From: Leptospira sp.
GTDB lineage: Bacteria > Spirochaetota > Leptospiria > Leptospirales > Leptospiraceae
DNA length: 64,000 bases
Reading direction: 5' to 3'
NCBI GenBank assembly: GCA_034439575.1
Contig: JAWXAQ010000030.1
Span: 96,001-160,000, forward strand
Position numbers and translations under genes: made by a program. This document shows, piece after piece, positions 31,476-42,316 of this stretch (its first letter is position 1; each line of letters opens with the position of its first letter). Below the pieces are notes generated by a model, which saw only the letters and a program-made list of their open reading frames with translations, was not told the origin of the DNA and searched no databases.

Positions 31476-33380
31476 TTATAAACTATTTTTCATTAAATCC
31501 ATATTACTTGCATAAGGAATAAATATTTCAGCGATAAAAACATTGTCTTTGATTTGCGAATTCACTTTTCCTTCTAGTTTTTGCAATCGATTACCTATAC
31601 TTTTCAAAGAAAGAAATTTATTTTCACTTTCCTCATTGATTTGATTAGTTTGATAAATCCGTATTTCATTAACTACTAGATCAAGACGCCAAATCGATTC
31701 CCCGAATCCATATTTTAAATCATTTGTGCAAAGTTCATAAAGCATATAGTAAATATCTAAGAAATAGATTCTATTATTAGATTTCAAATGTACTGATTGC
31801 AATGTGGAAGAAAGCTTTTCAGAAATATTAAAATCAAATTCTCTACCGGCATCAAAATACCGCCTAAGTAATGTTAAATTTAGACCAGTTAGAAAATTTT
31901 CATAAGTTAAATTCAGATCTTCGATAGATAATAATTGATTTCTCAAAGATTTAATTATAGAAATAACTCTGTATTGAAGTTGAGGTAATAATTCATTTAT
32001 CTGAATAAAATTTAAATTTCTAGACTGTTTTTCTAAGTAAACTTTAAGATCAGTTAGATCAGCACCCAAATTATCATGCATCATGATTTGCATATCTGAG
32101 CGTTGTTTGGCTAGAGCATTCATATTTTCTTCTGCCATTTTAAATTCCAATTCAGATCTGCTTTCTATGGCATAAGTGAAATATTTTCCTAACGATAAAG
32201 ATTGAAAAATTACATAAATTAAATAACCAAGGATCAAATAAAGACCTCCTTGGATTCCTAAAAAATTAAGTGAAATTGATAGAAAACAAAAAATGGCCAA
32301 ACTGAATAATCCTATACCCATTAAATAGTAGGATTCCCTATTTTTTTTATTCAAATATAAAAGCAAAAATGAATGAAGTAAAAAAAACAAAAGGAAAATT
32401 ATGAGATACAATAAATTCAAATAATAACGATGTCTACCATCGATGAGTGGAGAAAAACATGCGCCCAAAGCACCAAAATAAAAAATATAATTTATAAATG
32501 AAAATTTTTTCCTTTGAAACAATGTATTTAGAAATAAATTTCCAGCCATAAAGGATAAAATATTGATAAAATGCAATATCATCATTTCTTTCTCAAAGCT
32601 GAATGTCGGTAAAACATATTCATACATTTTAGAATTCAAAAAAGGGATCCGCATTAAAAAAGTAAAACAAATGATGGAGAAAAATAAAAATGCATGTTGG
32701 CTTCTATTGAGTAAGAAGAAAAACAAGTGATATACAAATGATCCAAATATTAATCCGAAGACAAACATCTCTACCATGATTGTCTTAATTTGATAAAGTT
32801 GGATTTGTTTAAAACTACCTAATAAGAATTCTGCTCTAGGACCGCCTAGATAAAATTTGCTATTAGAAATTTGTAATATTATATCTAAATAATTCTCATT
32901 TGTGTTAATATCAACACTCGTATTAGATCTCAACGGAATCATTTTGTCTAAGTCGTTTGAAACCTTTCCCGTTTCATGTACCATTTTTCCATTTACAAAT
33001 AGTTTAGAAGACGTATGTAAATTATGATAGAAAATAGAAAATATTCTAGGTTGGTTCTGATCTTGTACTTTAACTTTAAATCTATAAGTAGCGAAACCAG
33101 ACGCTTGTAATTTTTCATTTCCCACCTTATGGTATGTCCAAGGCCGAAACGACTCAATTTCTGAAATTCGATCGAAAACTGATTCAATTTCGAAATCTTT
33201 TGGCTCATATAATTTTTGCCAATAAAATTCCCAAGGGTAAGAAAGATTAACAGGAATTTGGTTCTCCCAATCAATTGTCGATAAATCCAAATTCTCCTTT
33301 TTATTAGCTAAAGAATTTATATCCGTATAACAATTTGATATGATTAAAACAAACGCGCATATAATAAGCCTTTTAATCAT
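31476..33380 (-). CDS. 7TM-DISM sensor histidine kinase (HisKA_3-like, divergent ATPase domain)
   Basis: Extracellular 'WEFYWQKL...GFATYR', 7TM region, H-box 'MHDNLGADLT', N-box 'ELCTNDLKYG'. Confidence 0.75.
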   Translation of the reverse strand: MIKRLIICAFVLIISNCYTDINSLANKKENLDLSTIDWENQIPVNLSYPWEFYWQKLYEPKDFEIESVFDRISEIESFRPWTYHKVGNEKLQASGFATYRFKVKVQDQNQPRIFSIFYHNLHTSSKLFVNGKMVHETGKVSNDLDKMIPLRSNTSVDINTNENYLDIILQISNSKFYLGGPRAEFLLGSFKQIQLYQIKTIMVEMFVFGLIFGSFVYHLFFFLLNRSQHAFLFFSIICFTFLMRIPFLNSKMYEYVLPTFSFEKEMMILHFINILSFMAGNLFLNTLFQRKKFSFINYIFYFGALGACFSPLIDGRHRYYLNLLYLIIFLLFFLLHSFLLLYLNKKNRESYYLMGIGLFSLAIFCFLSISLNFLGIQGGLYLILGYLIYVIFQSLSLGKYFTYAIESRSELEFKMAEENMNALAKQRSDMQIMMHDNLGADLTDLKVYLEKQSRNLNFIQINELLPQLQYRVISIIKSLRNQLLSIEDLNLTYENFLTGLNLTLLRRYFDAGREFDFNISEKLSSTLQSVHLKSNNRIYFLDIYYMLYELCTNDLKYGFGESIWRLDLVVNEIRIYQTNQINEESENKFLSLKSIGNRLQKLEGKVNSQIKDNVFIAEIFIPYASNMDLMKNSL

Positions 33381-34015
33381 TTGAGAATAGAATATTCGTG
33401 GACCTTTGAAGCTAATTCAGATCGATTATGAACATGCAATTTTTTGTAAATTGATTTCACATAACCATGAACTGTATGCTCACTCAGATCAAGAAACTTA
33501 GCCAAGGAAAGAATAGTTTTTCCTTTGACAAGTAATTCTAACACCTGTTTTTCGCGATCTGTGAGCTTGAATGATGGTTTATGAATCGGTTTTCGAAAAT
33601 TAGCGAAAACTCTCAGAGCAATCGTAGGAGTAATTGTCGCTCCACCTTCAATTACCACTTTAATAATTTCATCCATCTGCCCTAGTTCTGATTTCAAAAT
33701 ATAACCGAGTGCACCATTCTGAATCGAATTAAAAATCATTTCATCTGAATTCATATTGGTCAACATGATCACTTTTATATCTGGATTTCTCTCAGCGAGC
33801 AAATTGACCAAATCAATACCATTCATACCTGGAAGCATTATATCAAGAAATAGAATATCAATTTTTTTATGTTCTGAATCGCGAAGAAATGTCTCTGCTG
33901 AATTCCATGACTTGATAGTAGAAATTAAATCTAAACCAGATAATCTCTCTTTAACTTCTTCTAAAAAGTATTCATCATTTTCAAGAATTCCGACGAGATA
34001 TTGATTTTTTATCAT
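33377..34015 (-). CDS. NarL/LuxR-family response regulator
   Basis: Receiver 'FLDIMLPGMNGI', 'GALGYILK'; HTH 'LTDREKQVL...TVHGYVKSIYKKLHV'. Confidence 0.95.
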   Translation of the reverse strand: MIKNQYLVGILENDEYFLEEVKERLSGLDLISTIKSWNSAETFLRDSEHKKIDILFLDIMLPGMNGIDLVNLLAERNPDIKVIMLTNMNSDEMIFNSIQNGALGYILKSELGQMDEIIKVVIEGGATITPTIALRVFANFRKPIHKPSFKLTDREKQVLELLVKGKTILSLAKFLDLSEHTVHGYVKSIYKKLHVHNRSELASKVHEYSILK

Positions 34016-34045
34016 TTTTAGCTCTGTAATTATCGAAAATTAGAT

Positions 34046-37000
34046 CTATACTTTAGCATATTCTAAATTAATGGTTTTGATCGATAAATTTTCTCGCATT
34101 TTAATGAACTCAGAATTTGGAACCAAACCATCTTCATCCATGGAATACTCGGATTTTAGCCTTTTCAGAAAATACATATCAACTTCACCTTTTCCTTTTG
34201 CTTTTATTTTTCCTCTATAATCGCATTCAAAATAATCTTTTATTTTTTCATACGTTGTTCCAGAAATATTGATCTCCCCTTTTTCTCCTGAAGATTCCAT
34301 TCGACTAGCAGTATTGACAGAATCTCCCCAAATATCATAGGCAAATTTATTATTTCCGATGACGCCAGCAGTCACAGGACCTGTGTGAATTCCTATTCTC
34401 AATTCCCAAAATGGTAACTCAAGAGCCTTTTTTATTTCTCCCATCTGAAGCATAAAAGATCGAAATTCCATAGCGGCAAGACAAGTATCAATTGCATGAG
34501 TGTTATTTGGAACTGGCAATCCCCCCGCACACATATAAGCATCACCAATTGTTTTTAATTTTTCCAAATTGTTATGTAAAATAATTTCATCAAATTGACT
34601 AAAACATCCATCCAATTCCCTGATCAAATCTTCTGGACTTAACTTCTCAGATATTTGTGTAAATCCAACAAAGTCAGTAAAAAGAACAGTTGCCGATTCG
34701 ATTAACTGAGGTTTAACGACATTAGTTGACTTCAATTCTTCTGCAATTTTTTTTGGTAAAATATTTTCGAGTAGTTTATCTGACTTCTCTCTTTCTTGTT
34801 CTACTTGTTTGTATAGATTTGAACTATAAATAATTCCTGCTAATTGTTCCCCCAATATAGATAAGTAAGTGATTTCTTCTTTGGTATGTTTCATTTTTCC
34901 CAAATTATATAAATCAAGAAAACCAATTGGCTTATTCTGCAAGATCAACGGAATCACAACTAAAGATTCAAATTTTATTAAGTTATGGATGAAATCTTCT
35001 TCTGGAGATAGAGCAGATTTTTTGACTCTTAGTGCATAAATAGGCCTTTTATATTTAAATGCCAATGCATGAGCTCCTATTTTTTGTGTAACGGGAATAG
35101 ACATACTAGAAATTTTTTGTTTATCTCGAGTAGAAACAAAATCAGGAAGAAAAGAATCCAAATGAATTAAATTTTTACCTTCGCTGTCTAATACACTCAA
35201 TCCATAATATTCTAATTTAAAATTTGAATTTATATATAAATGAACTTTTTGCATAATCGTTTTGATATCCAAATTTTCATTTAAACTTTTTATTAATAGA
35301 TTCAATTGTTCTGCAAATTTTTTCTGTTTTTCGGATTCTAATTTGGATTTTGTCGCTACATCTTTTTCTTTCATGACCAAAGTTAACAAATGATTGTTGT
35401 CGATGGAACCTGCGATTTGGAAGCAAAGATTTGAGATTTTATTAATCTCTTTCTTGGAAAGCAACATTGGTTTATCAAAATTTGTAAATGCAGTTATGCC
35501 AATACATTGATTGTTTCGAACCAGTGGTACTATTAAAAAAGATGTAAAACCTATATTTTCTATAAGCTCTTTATCGATAGCATAATCAGTTTTTGGAATT
35601 CTTCGAAGGTAGAGCGGTTTTTTACTTTTAAATACTTTGAATAAGAATCCGCCTTCTTCACTCAAAGGTATTGTTTTATTCAATAAAAAATCTTTGACCT
35701 TTTCATCCACATCAGTAAATGCATTGAATTTAGAAGCTAACAAAAATTGGCTACCATCATTCGGAAGCAGAAGCCAAGAACCTAATATACCATATCTCTC
35801 AAACGTATGTTTACTCAATTCTTGTAATATCAATTCTAAATTGGTCAGTGAATTTACCTTGCTTGTAAATTGATTTAAATCAACAATTTCTTCCTTAGTG
35901 ACCTCCAAATCACGAGTACGCAATTGCACCTTTTGTTCGAGTTCACTAGATAATTCTTCACTTATATTGAATGCGTCGCCAATTCTATGAGCAAGTGCAG
36001 CCGCTTGAGTAAAAATGAAAAAAAACAATCCATAAGGTAAGATTAATCCTATACCAATTAAAAAATTATAAAAAAGTAAATCGTTCAATGCAGCAATGAA
36101 GTAGGCACTGAATCCAATTAACATCAGTCTTGCTCCCTTACGTTTAAAACGAACAGCTTGAATTAAGATATAAGTTACATATGCCATTGCCAATAGGGTG
36201 ATCACTTGAAAAATTAGTAAAGTGGATGTGAATACTTCGATGGGTGTTAATATAACAATTGCAATGAAGATACTAGGCAATATTATGAATATTCGTCTAA
36301 CAGCTAACTTAAACTCTTCAGGAAAAAGTGAGTTCAAAAATAAGAAAAAAGGAGGAATCAGTGAATAAAAACCAAGGTATTCCATTCTAAGAAAAAAGGA
36401 GAACGGTATGTTTGGAAACATTTGCATAAATAACCTTTCCCCTGTAAATACAAGACGAATAGTCATCACCAAACATAAAATACCAAACCATAAGGCAGAT
36501 GTATCTTTCTTTCGATAGAAAAATAAGGATAAATGATATAAGGCAATAATTAACAACACACCAAGTAAAAATATCTGGAAGAAATAATTTCTTTGTTTGC
36601 TTACGAAAATTCTCTCTGCCGTATCAATCTTTATCGGGGTCTGAAAACCTCCATTCTTGTGAACATGATTTGAAATGATCATTACCACATCTAAGGAGGA
36701 TTTGTTTTCGGTATAGATCTTGCCATATTGTGTTAGGTAAATCGCTCGCTCTGAATCTGCCTCCAAAGACGGCTTCCCATTTTTTGCAACCAATTCACCA
36801 TCTATGTACATCTCATAGGCAGAACCTTGTCCATCTTCTATGTAAAAACCAAGGTCATTACCGTTAGGTGGAACCAAAACCTTCAACTTAAAACTTGCAT
36901 AACCGTGGCCAGGAATGGTCTGAGGATTCGCAATTTTTAAATCATTCCATTTACCAGGAACCCATATAAATTCTTTTTCCTTTGGCGAATCAATTTCAAA

Positions 37001-37228
37001 TAGGATATTCTTATTCCAATAAAATTCCCAATCACCATTTAGTTTTAAAGATCCATTTCTTTCAAAATCCCAATCTCTTAAGTCCAATACCCCTTGCTTC
37101 GCTAACGGGATTTCCAAATTTTGTTCAACTTGACTGCAGGATATCAAAATCGTAACCAAAGTTAAAGCAACGAATGTGTTAGATATTTTTTTCAACATGG
37201 TATAAGAAATATTTTTTTTAAACGGCAT
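34046..37228 (-). CDS. 7TM-DISM / two-GAF adenylate/guanylate cyclase
   Basis: Lipobox-like 'LISC', 'LNGDWEFYW', 7TM region, two GAF-like repeats, cyclase motifs 'LFTDFVGFT', 'KTIGDAYM', 'DIWGDSVNTASRMES'. Start is probably 37228 or 37198 rather than 37366. Confidence 0.9.
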   Translation of the reverse strand: MPFKKNISYTMLKKISNTFVALTLVTILISCSQVEQNLEIPLAKQGVLDLRDWDFERNGSLKLNGDWEFYWNKNILFEIDSPKEKEFIWVPGKWNDLKIANPQTIPGHGYASFKLKVLVPPNGNDLGFYIEDGQGSAYEMYIDGELVAKNGKPSLEADSERAIYLTQYGKIYTENKSSLDVVMIISNHVHKNGGFQTPIKIDTAERIFVSKQRNYFFQIFLLGVLLIIALYHLSLFFYRKKDTSALWFGILCLVMTIRLVFTGERLFMQMFPNIPFSFFLRMEYLGFYSLIPPFFLFLNSLFPEEFKLAVRRIFIILPSIFIAIVILTPIEVFTSTLLIFQVITLLAMAYVTYILIQAVRFKRKGARLMLIGFSAYFIAALNDLLFYNFLIGIGLILPYGLFFFIFTQAAALAHRIGDAFNISEELSSELEQKVQLRTRDLEVTKEEIVDLNQFTSKVNSLTNLELILQELSKHTFERYGILGSWLLLPNDGSQFLLASKFNAFTDVDEKVKDFLLNKTIPLSEEGGFLFKVFKSKKPLYLRRIPKTDYAIDKELIENIGFTSFLIVPLVRNNQCIGITAFTNFDKPMLLSKKEINKISNLCFQIAGSIDNNHLLTLVMKEKDVATKSKLESEKQKKFAEQLNLLIKSLNENLDIKTIMQKVHLYINSNFKLEYYGLSVLDSEGKNLIHLDSFLPDFVSTRDKQKISSMSIPVTQKIGAHALAFKYKRPIYALRVKKSALSPEEDFIHNLIKFESLVVIPLILQNKPIGFLDLYNLGKMKHTKEEITYLSILGEQLAGIIYSSNLYKQVEQEREKSDKLLENILPKKIAEELKSTNVVKPQLIESATVLFTDFVGFTQISEKLSPEDLIRELDGCFSQFDEIILHNNLEKLKTIGDAYMCAGGLPVPNNTHAIDTCLAAMEFRSFMLQMGEIKKALELPFWELRIGIHTGPVTAGVIGNNKFAYDIWGDSVNTASRMESSGEKGEINISGTTYEKIKDYFECDYRGKIKAKGKGEVDMYFLKRLKSEYSMDEDGLVPNSEFIKMRENLSIKTINLEYAKV

Positions 37229-37303
37229 TTGATCTGTATTTCCTCGGGAATCACATGGATACCAAAAGTGGTTTTCGAAGAAAGTATTTATTTCTAATAG
37301 CCA

Positions 37304-37322
37304 TCCCCCTAAACAGGGGGTA
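37304..37322. promoter_or_regulatory. GC-rich palindrome, candidate NarL/LuxR-type operator
   Basis: TCCCCCT-AAAC-AGGGGGTA in AT-rich DNA upstream of the cyclase-regulator-kinase operon. Confidence 0.4.
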
Positions 37323-37572
37323 ATTGAATGGAATAATTTTAATGAAATGGTATTGCACAGGTTCACAAAATTATATTAGATCATTTGCATATATCTCCTA
37401 TCAAACTAAATAGATACGTAATTATAATTGCAATCAGCGCAAAGGTTATAGTAGGAAAAAAATTCCGATTCTAGTCTAATATTTCATGCTTGAAAGTTAT
37501 TTTGCCTCTCATATGCTATATAAATCAGGGACAAGTTTATCTCCCTATTTCAAGAAAGGATTCGTTTTCACT

Positions 37573-38624
37573 ATGTATAAATATTTGTTCATCACATTTT
37601 TCTTTTTATCAATCATTAATATCACCGCATCTCCATTAGACGATGATGATGATGTCATTTTTTATCCTACATTTATGTATTTAGACTCAAGCAAAAATAC
37701 CTACAAAGTCAAAATTCATCTGCATGTTTTTGAGAAAAAAGAAGATTCAATTAAGCGTAAATTTTTATTACATTATTTAAATTCTGAAATAGGTGATGAT
37801 AGTTCTACGCAGACAGATTTATTAAAGAACGAGCAAAATGGTTTCTAATTGATAATAAACGTGGAAAAGAAGTCTCTATTGAATTATTTGGGAAAATTTA
37901 TCAATTAAACGAAACAGAGCCAAACGGCCGCTCAATGACAGAAATATCTATAGATAAATCACTTATTTTATCCAAAGATGAGCAAAATGGGTATATAGAA
38001 TTCAAGAGTTCCACAACTAAAAGAAATAAAAATACTTATCCTGGAAAATTCTTTCTCGTCAAAGAAGATTCTACCTGCCTAATTTCGGATATAGACGATA
38101 CCTTGAAAATAAGTGATGTGAGAAACAAAAAAGCCTTATTAGCAAATAGTTTTGTCAGGCCTTTTGCATTAGTTCAAGGCATGAATGATTTTTATAATTC
38201 ACTACTTTCTAAAGATAATACTTGTTTTGTGAATGTCAGTGCTAGTCCTTGGCAAATGTATACGATCTTACATCAATTTTTTGAAGCTAGTGGCTTTCCA
38301 CAAACCGCTTATTACATGAAGGATTTTCGATTAAAAGATTCAGATTTCTTTAATCTTTTTGAAAAACCAGAAGAATACAAATACAACACTATCGAACCGA
38401 TATTAAACGAATGGAAAAAGGTAAAATTTATTTTAGTAGGAGATTCTGGTGAAAAAGACCCAGAAGCCTATGCCAGACTTGCCCTTAAATATCAAAATCA
38501 AGTCAGTCAAATTTTTATCAGAATCGCGTATGAAGAAAATCTTGATGATCGAATCGCCAAAGTTTTTGAAAAAATTCCAAAAAGTAAGTATCGCTTTTTT
38601 AAGAATGTCCAAGAAATAAAATGA
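37573..38624 (+). pseudogene. App1/DUF2183 phosphatidate-phosphatase-like gene split by a 1-nt frameshift near 37822
   Basis: The signal-peptide ORF from 37573 continues in the -1 frame as KERAKWFLIDNKRGK...NGRSMTE into the 37935 ORF, which carries 'ISDIDDTLK', 'VSASPW' and 'LVGDSGEKDPE'. Confidence 0.8.
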
Positions 38625-38732
38625 CAAATGTATATTGCCCCAACTTAATGATGGGGAAATAAGTATAAAAATACGAATATAATTAGAATAAATTTTTATA
38701 AATTATAATAGGTATTGATGAAAACTTAATGT

Positions 38733-38827
38733 TGTGTTAGGTGTAAAATCCGCACAGCCCACGAACCTCACCCCTCCACCCAATCTCGGGCGGGGGATCG
38801 TAAAATTCCCATATTATTATGTCTCAT
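38733..38827 (+). repeat. REP-like element, family C, copy 2
   Basis: Matches 30579-30675; its end overlaps the stop codon of the 38817-39530 ORF. Confidence 0.8.
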
Positions 38828-39530
38828 AATCTATTCCCCCCCTCCTTCCCAATTCCTTTAAAATTTCAAACCGAAGTGTTGTGAACTCTGTATGAAAATC
38901 ATTTCGATTTCTTTCTAGCATTGCATTTTTATGTTCTAAGCCATCTGTCTTTGGTTCCGTTCCATGAACCATTTGCAACATTTGTTTTTCCGAATCCCAA
39001 ATGCTAAACGTTAAAAAATTTCGAAAAGGACGAAACGCAGCGAACGCATAATGTTTCCCATGATGATCCCTAACTTGTTTTTCCACCGGCTTTCCCCATT
39101 TCGCAAAACGAATTGTATGTGAAAGTTTTAAGCGTGCAAGTGTAATGGCAACCATCGGTGTTTCCAAAGCCGAATATTTAGGATAAACCGTTGCAGATTC
39201 TAATTCGCTAATTTTTCCCCACCTCCTATACAATCGCAATCGAATTTGCCAACCGGAATGAATGGGATAATTTTGACATTGAGATAAAAATAAATTCAAA
39301 TCTTCTTCAGTTTGCCAGAATGCAATGAGTACAATCTGCGTTAGGTGATAACGTCTTTTAGAAAAAATAGACTCTCCTAGTTCCATGGGGATCAAAGTTT
39401 CTGAATGGATAAGACCTTTAATTTTTTTCTGCTTTAAATAAAAAAACAAGTAATAGGGAAGTTTATAAATCGGAACTTCAAAACGATGAAAACTAAAAAC
39501 TTCTTGTGTAGGTATTGGTTTCTGTGACAT
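38817..39530 (-). CDS. DUF3291 / spheroidene-monooxygenase-like dimeric alpha-beta barrel protein
   Basis: 'AITLARLKL...RFAKWGKPV', 'TFSIWDS..M', 'H..AM', 'EFTTLRF' pattern. Confidence 0.55.
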   Translation of the reverse strand: MSQKPIPTQEVFSFHRFEVPIYKLPYYLFFYLKQKKIKGLIHSETLIPMELGESIFSKRRYHLTQIVLIAFWQTEEDLNLFLSQCQNYPIHSGWQIRLRLYRRWGKISELESATVYPKYSALETPMVAITLARLKLSHTIRFAKWGKPVEKQVRDHHGKHYAFAAFRPFRNFLTFSIWDSEKQMLQMVHGTEPKTDGLEHKNAMLERNRNDFHTEFTTLRFEILKELGRRGGIDYET

Positions 39531-39543
39531 TTATTATTATCTT

Positions 39544-40350
39544 ATGAATGAAAAATATTTATTGCTGTTTGTTCTTATTTTTGGATATACCATAGCGCCC
39601 TTCTTTAGCAATCGTTTGCTTTTGAATCATTCAAGAACATATTCCATAATTCACATCATTTCTCTTATATTTATCATTATTGCCATCCTTTTAAATATAC
39701 CACAATTAACTATTTTATGGCCTATTTTTTGTTGTCTTGGTTTATTTTTATTTTGCAAAATTCGAATGGCATGTTTGTTTCAGGGATTTACTTTTATTGG
39801 CTTATTTCCATTTGGGTTTAGTATACTATCTTCTATTTGGTTTTATTGTGGAATTAACAACTATTATCTCCTTGGCTATAATCAGACATGGAGTTACTAC
39901 GCTGCCCTTCATGGATGTTTTATAGGTTGGCTATTTTTATCGGGTATCACTTTTCTTTCCGAAAAAAATAAAGATTCAAAAATGTATCCTTATCTTAGCC
40001 TAAGTATCGTTATTATATTTCTATTAATTGCTTTTGGAATTTTTGGATCTCCCATCATAAAAAGAATCGGTGTGATTGGTTATTCCCTTCTATTACCATT
40101 TTCTCTTTGGAACGCAAATAAATTGTTTCAAAGTCAAAATTTCATTTCCATATCCCTAGCCAGATGTAGTATTTTTTTTCTTTGTTTCACCCTTATATTT
40201 GCCCTCTTACATGAATTTTATCTAGGTTTTCCTAGATATATTTACGGGTATTCATTAATGGTTTTACTGCATGGAATTACGAATGCGTTTATCGTGATTC
40301 CTTGTTTTCTGAGCTCACTCCTGTTAGCCGAAAACAAATCAAGGAAGTGA
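39544..40350 (+). CDS. YndJ-like integral membrane protein
   Basis: About 9 TM helices; 'LLGY...AALH', 'MVLLHGITNA'. Confidence 0.6.
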   Translation: MNEKYLLLFVLIFGYTIAPFFSNRLLLNHSRTYSIIHIISLIFIIIAILLNIPQLTILWPIFCCLGLFLFCKIRMACLFQGFTFIGLFPFGFSILSSIWFYCGINNYYLLGYNQTWSYYAALHGCFIGWLFLSGITFLSEKNKDSKMYPYLSLSIVIIFLLIAFGIFGSPIIKRIGVIGYSLLLPFSLWNANKLFQSQNFISISLARCSIFFLCFTLIFALLHEFYLGFPRYIYGYSLMVLLHGITNAFIVIPCFLSSLLLAENKSRK

Positions 40351-40389
40351 TTTTATTCTTATAAAATTTAAGAACTTAATTGTATACCT

Positions 40390-40480
40390 TTGGGCGTTCC
40401 CATTTTGTTAGACGAGAAAAGTATCTTAGTTAAGGGGTCGGGCTCTCCTTTCGGCACTGCCTCCAGTCGATCCCTAACGC
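40390..40480 (+). repeat. REP-like element, family D, copy 2
   Basis: Matches the conserved blocks of 31322-31412. Confidence 0.8.
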
Positions 40481-40772
40481 GGAAAAAATTATCCTATCAT
40501 TGAGTCAATTTCTGGGACATTAACTTGCACGGATTATTATTCAAAATTTGGCTACTACCACTTATATATTATATTATTGCAGAGTTTCGAGGATGATATA
40601 CGTCTCTGTGTAGAAAATTGATATCGAAATCATCCAAAATAAAATAAGCACTGAACTTATGCCCATCGGTATAAATTCTGAATCAATGATTGATGTCACT
40701 TTCGCTATATTACTTTTGCATTTTTGACAGACATAATTTGACCGGATTTCTATCGTAGAGAATCTGTTGTGG

Positions 40773-40808
40773 TTTTAATCGATATCAATCGTTTGATTTC
40801 GATTAAAA
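40773..40808. promoter_or_regulatory. 16-bp-arm inverted repeat upstream of the SRPBCC gene (operator or hairpin)
   Basis: TTTTAATCGATATCAA-tcgt-TTGATTTCGATTAAAA, one mismatch. Confidence 0.4.
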
Positions 40809-40835
40809 TTTAACAGAAAATTTTAAATAAATAAC

Positions 40836-41312
40836 ATGAATGATCGAGAATTAAAAATAGAAAGAGTTGTTGAAGTGCAAGCGGAGCTTCTTTGGAAATG
40901 TTGGACTGAACCTAAACATCTGATCCCATGGTTTACGCCGAAACCTTGGCAAACAATTGACGCCAAGTGCGAGTTAGTCGCTGGAGGAGAATTTTATACT
41001 TTGATGAAATCACCAGAAGGCGAACAATTTTCCAATCATGGCATCTACTTGGAATTAATAAAAAACAAACGAATAGTTTGGACGGATGCTATTCTTAAAG
41101 GTTGGATACCCACCGAAGATTCGTCCGATAGACCCTTTCGCGGAATATTTCAACTTGATTTTGAAGACATAGGCAATGGCAAATCAAAATTCACTGGCAC
41201 AGCTCGGCACTGGAATATTGAAGAATGCAAAAAACATGCAGAAATGGGATTTCATGAAGGTTGGGGAACTGCCCTTGATCAACTGATAGAGTATTCTAAA
41301 ACGATTAAATAA
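40836..41312 (+). CDS. SRPBCC/AHSA1 domain protein
   Basis: 'LWKCWTEPKHL..WF.P', 'HAEMGFHEGWGTALDQL'. Confidence 0.9.
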   Translation: MNDRELKIERVVEVQAELLWKCWTEPKHLIPWFTPKPWQTIDAKCELVAGGEFYTLMKSPEGEQFSNHGIYLELIKNKRIVWTDAILKGWIPTEDSSDRPFRGIFQLDFEDIGNGKSKFTGTARHWNIEECKKHAEMGFHEGWGTALDQLIEYSKTIK

Positions 41313-41404
41313 TTGAGTAAAAGTATCACTATAACAATGGTTATTATGCAAAACTTTTTAGAAAACAAGCATACAAAATTCAAACTAATAAAGGTAAATG
41401 AATT

Positions 41405-42316
41405 ATGAATTTTTTGCTAAATATCATAAAAAAACTTTTAAATAAAATATTTGCTAAATCTTATCTTGAAGCAGATTCGAAATCAGGTTTGTGGCTTGAT
41501 TGGGCAAATGATACGGAAATAACCAAACGTAAAAATCATGAATACCTTTTTGCTTTCAAAAAATATGGATATGTTCGTATCCCTAAATTGATCTCAGATA
41601 ATCTTTGCGACGCATTAAATGATGAATTCAAAAATCATTCGATAAAAGAAAATGTGATCACTGCAATAGATGAATTTGGTCTTCATTCCCGATTGTGTAA
41701 CTTCCATATGGAATCAAAGACCGCAAAGGAAATTGCATTCAACAAAATACTTTTAGATATCCTAGATCAAATATTTGATTCAGAAACCATTTTATGTTCA
41801 AGCCTTTACTTTGAAAAAGGTAGTGAACAAAGAATACATCGAGATGGTCCATTTTTTTATACTTCACCAAAGAATCTCTTTGTAGGAGTTTGGATAGCTT
41901 TGGAAGATATTAAAGAAGGCACGGGAGAATTAATATATTATCCAAAGGGTCATACAATTCCAATTTCTGTTAATAATATCATAGCGAACGGAGGTGGATG
42001 GAATGAATATACCAAAGATATAGAATCAGAATGTAAAAAACAGAATCTATCTCTCCAAAAAAATATAGCAAATAAAGGTGATGTGTTAATTTGGCACGCC
42101 GAACTTCCGCATGGTGGAGCTGCAATCGAACATCCATCTCAATCGCATAAATCAATAGTTTTTCATTACAAAGCAAAATCAGTTCCCATTTATGGAGAAG
42201 AAGTTTTTTTTAAACGAGCTCCAGTGTCAAAATTTAATGTGTTTAAATATCGCTCCCATGGAAATAGAAAATACATTGATCAAGGAAAACCATTTTTTGC
42301 AAAAAATGAATATTAA
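41405..42316 (+). CDS. Phytanoyl-CoA dioxygenase (PhyH)-family 2OG-Fe(II) oxygenase
   Basis: 'QRIHRD', 'GVWIALED', 'YYPKGH', 'KGDVLIWHAELPHGG'. Confidence 0.9.
   Translation: MNFLLNIIKKLLNKIFAKSYLEADSKSGLWLDWANDTEITKRKNHEYLFAFKKYGYVRIPKLISDNLCDALNDEFKNHSIKENVITAIDEFGLHSRLCNFHMESKTAKEIAFNKILLDILDQIFDSETILCSSLYFEKGSEQRIHRDGPFFYTSPKNLFVGVWIALEDIKEGTGELIYYPKGHTIPISVNNIIANGGGWNEYTKDIESECKKQNLSLQKNIANKGDVLIWHAELPHGGAAIEHPSQSHKSIVFHYKAKSVPIYGEEVFFKRAPVSKFNVFKYRSHGNRKYIDQGKPFFAKNEY

Noticed and set aside
37229-37366. N-terminal 46-aa extension of the cyclase in the ORF track
   Set aside because: It covers a likely promoter/operator, and the signal/lipobox sequence starts further downstream.
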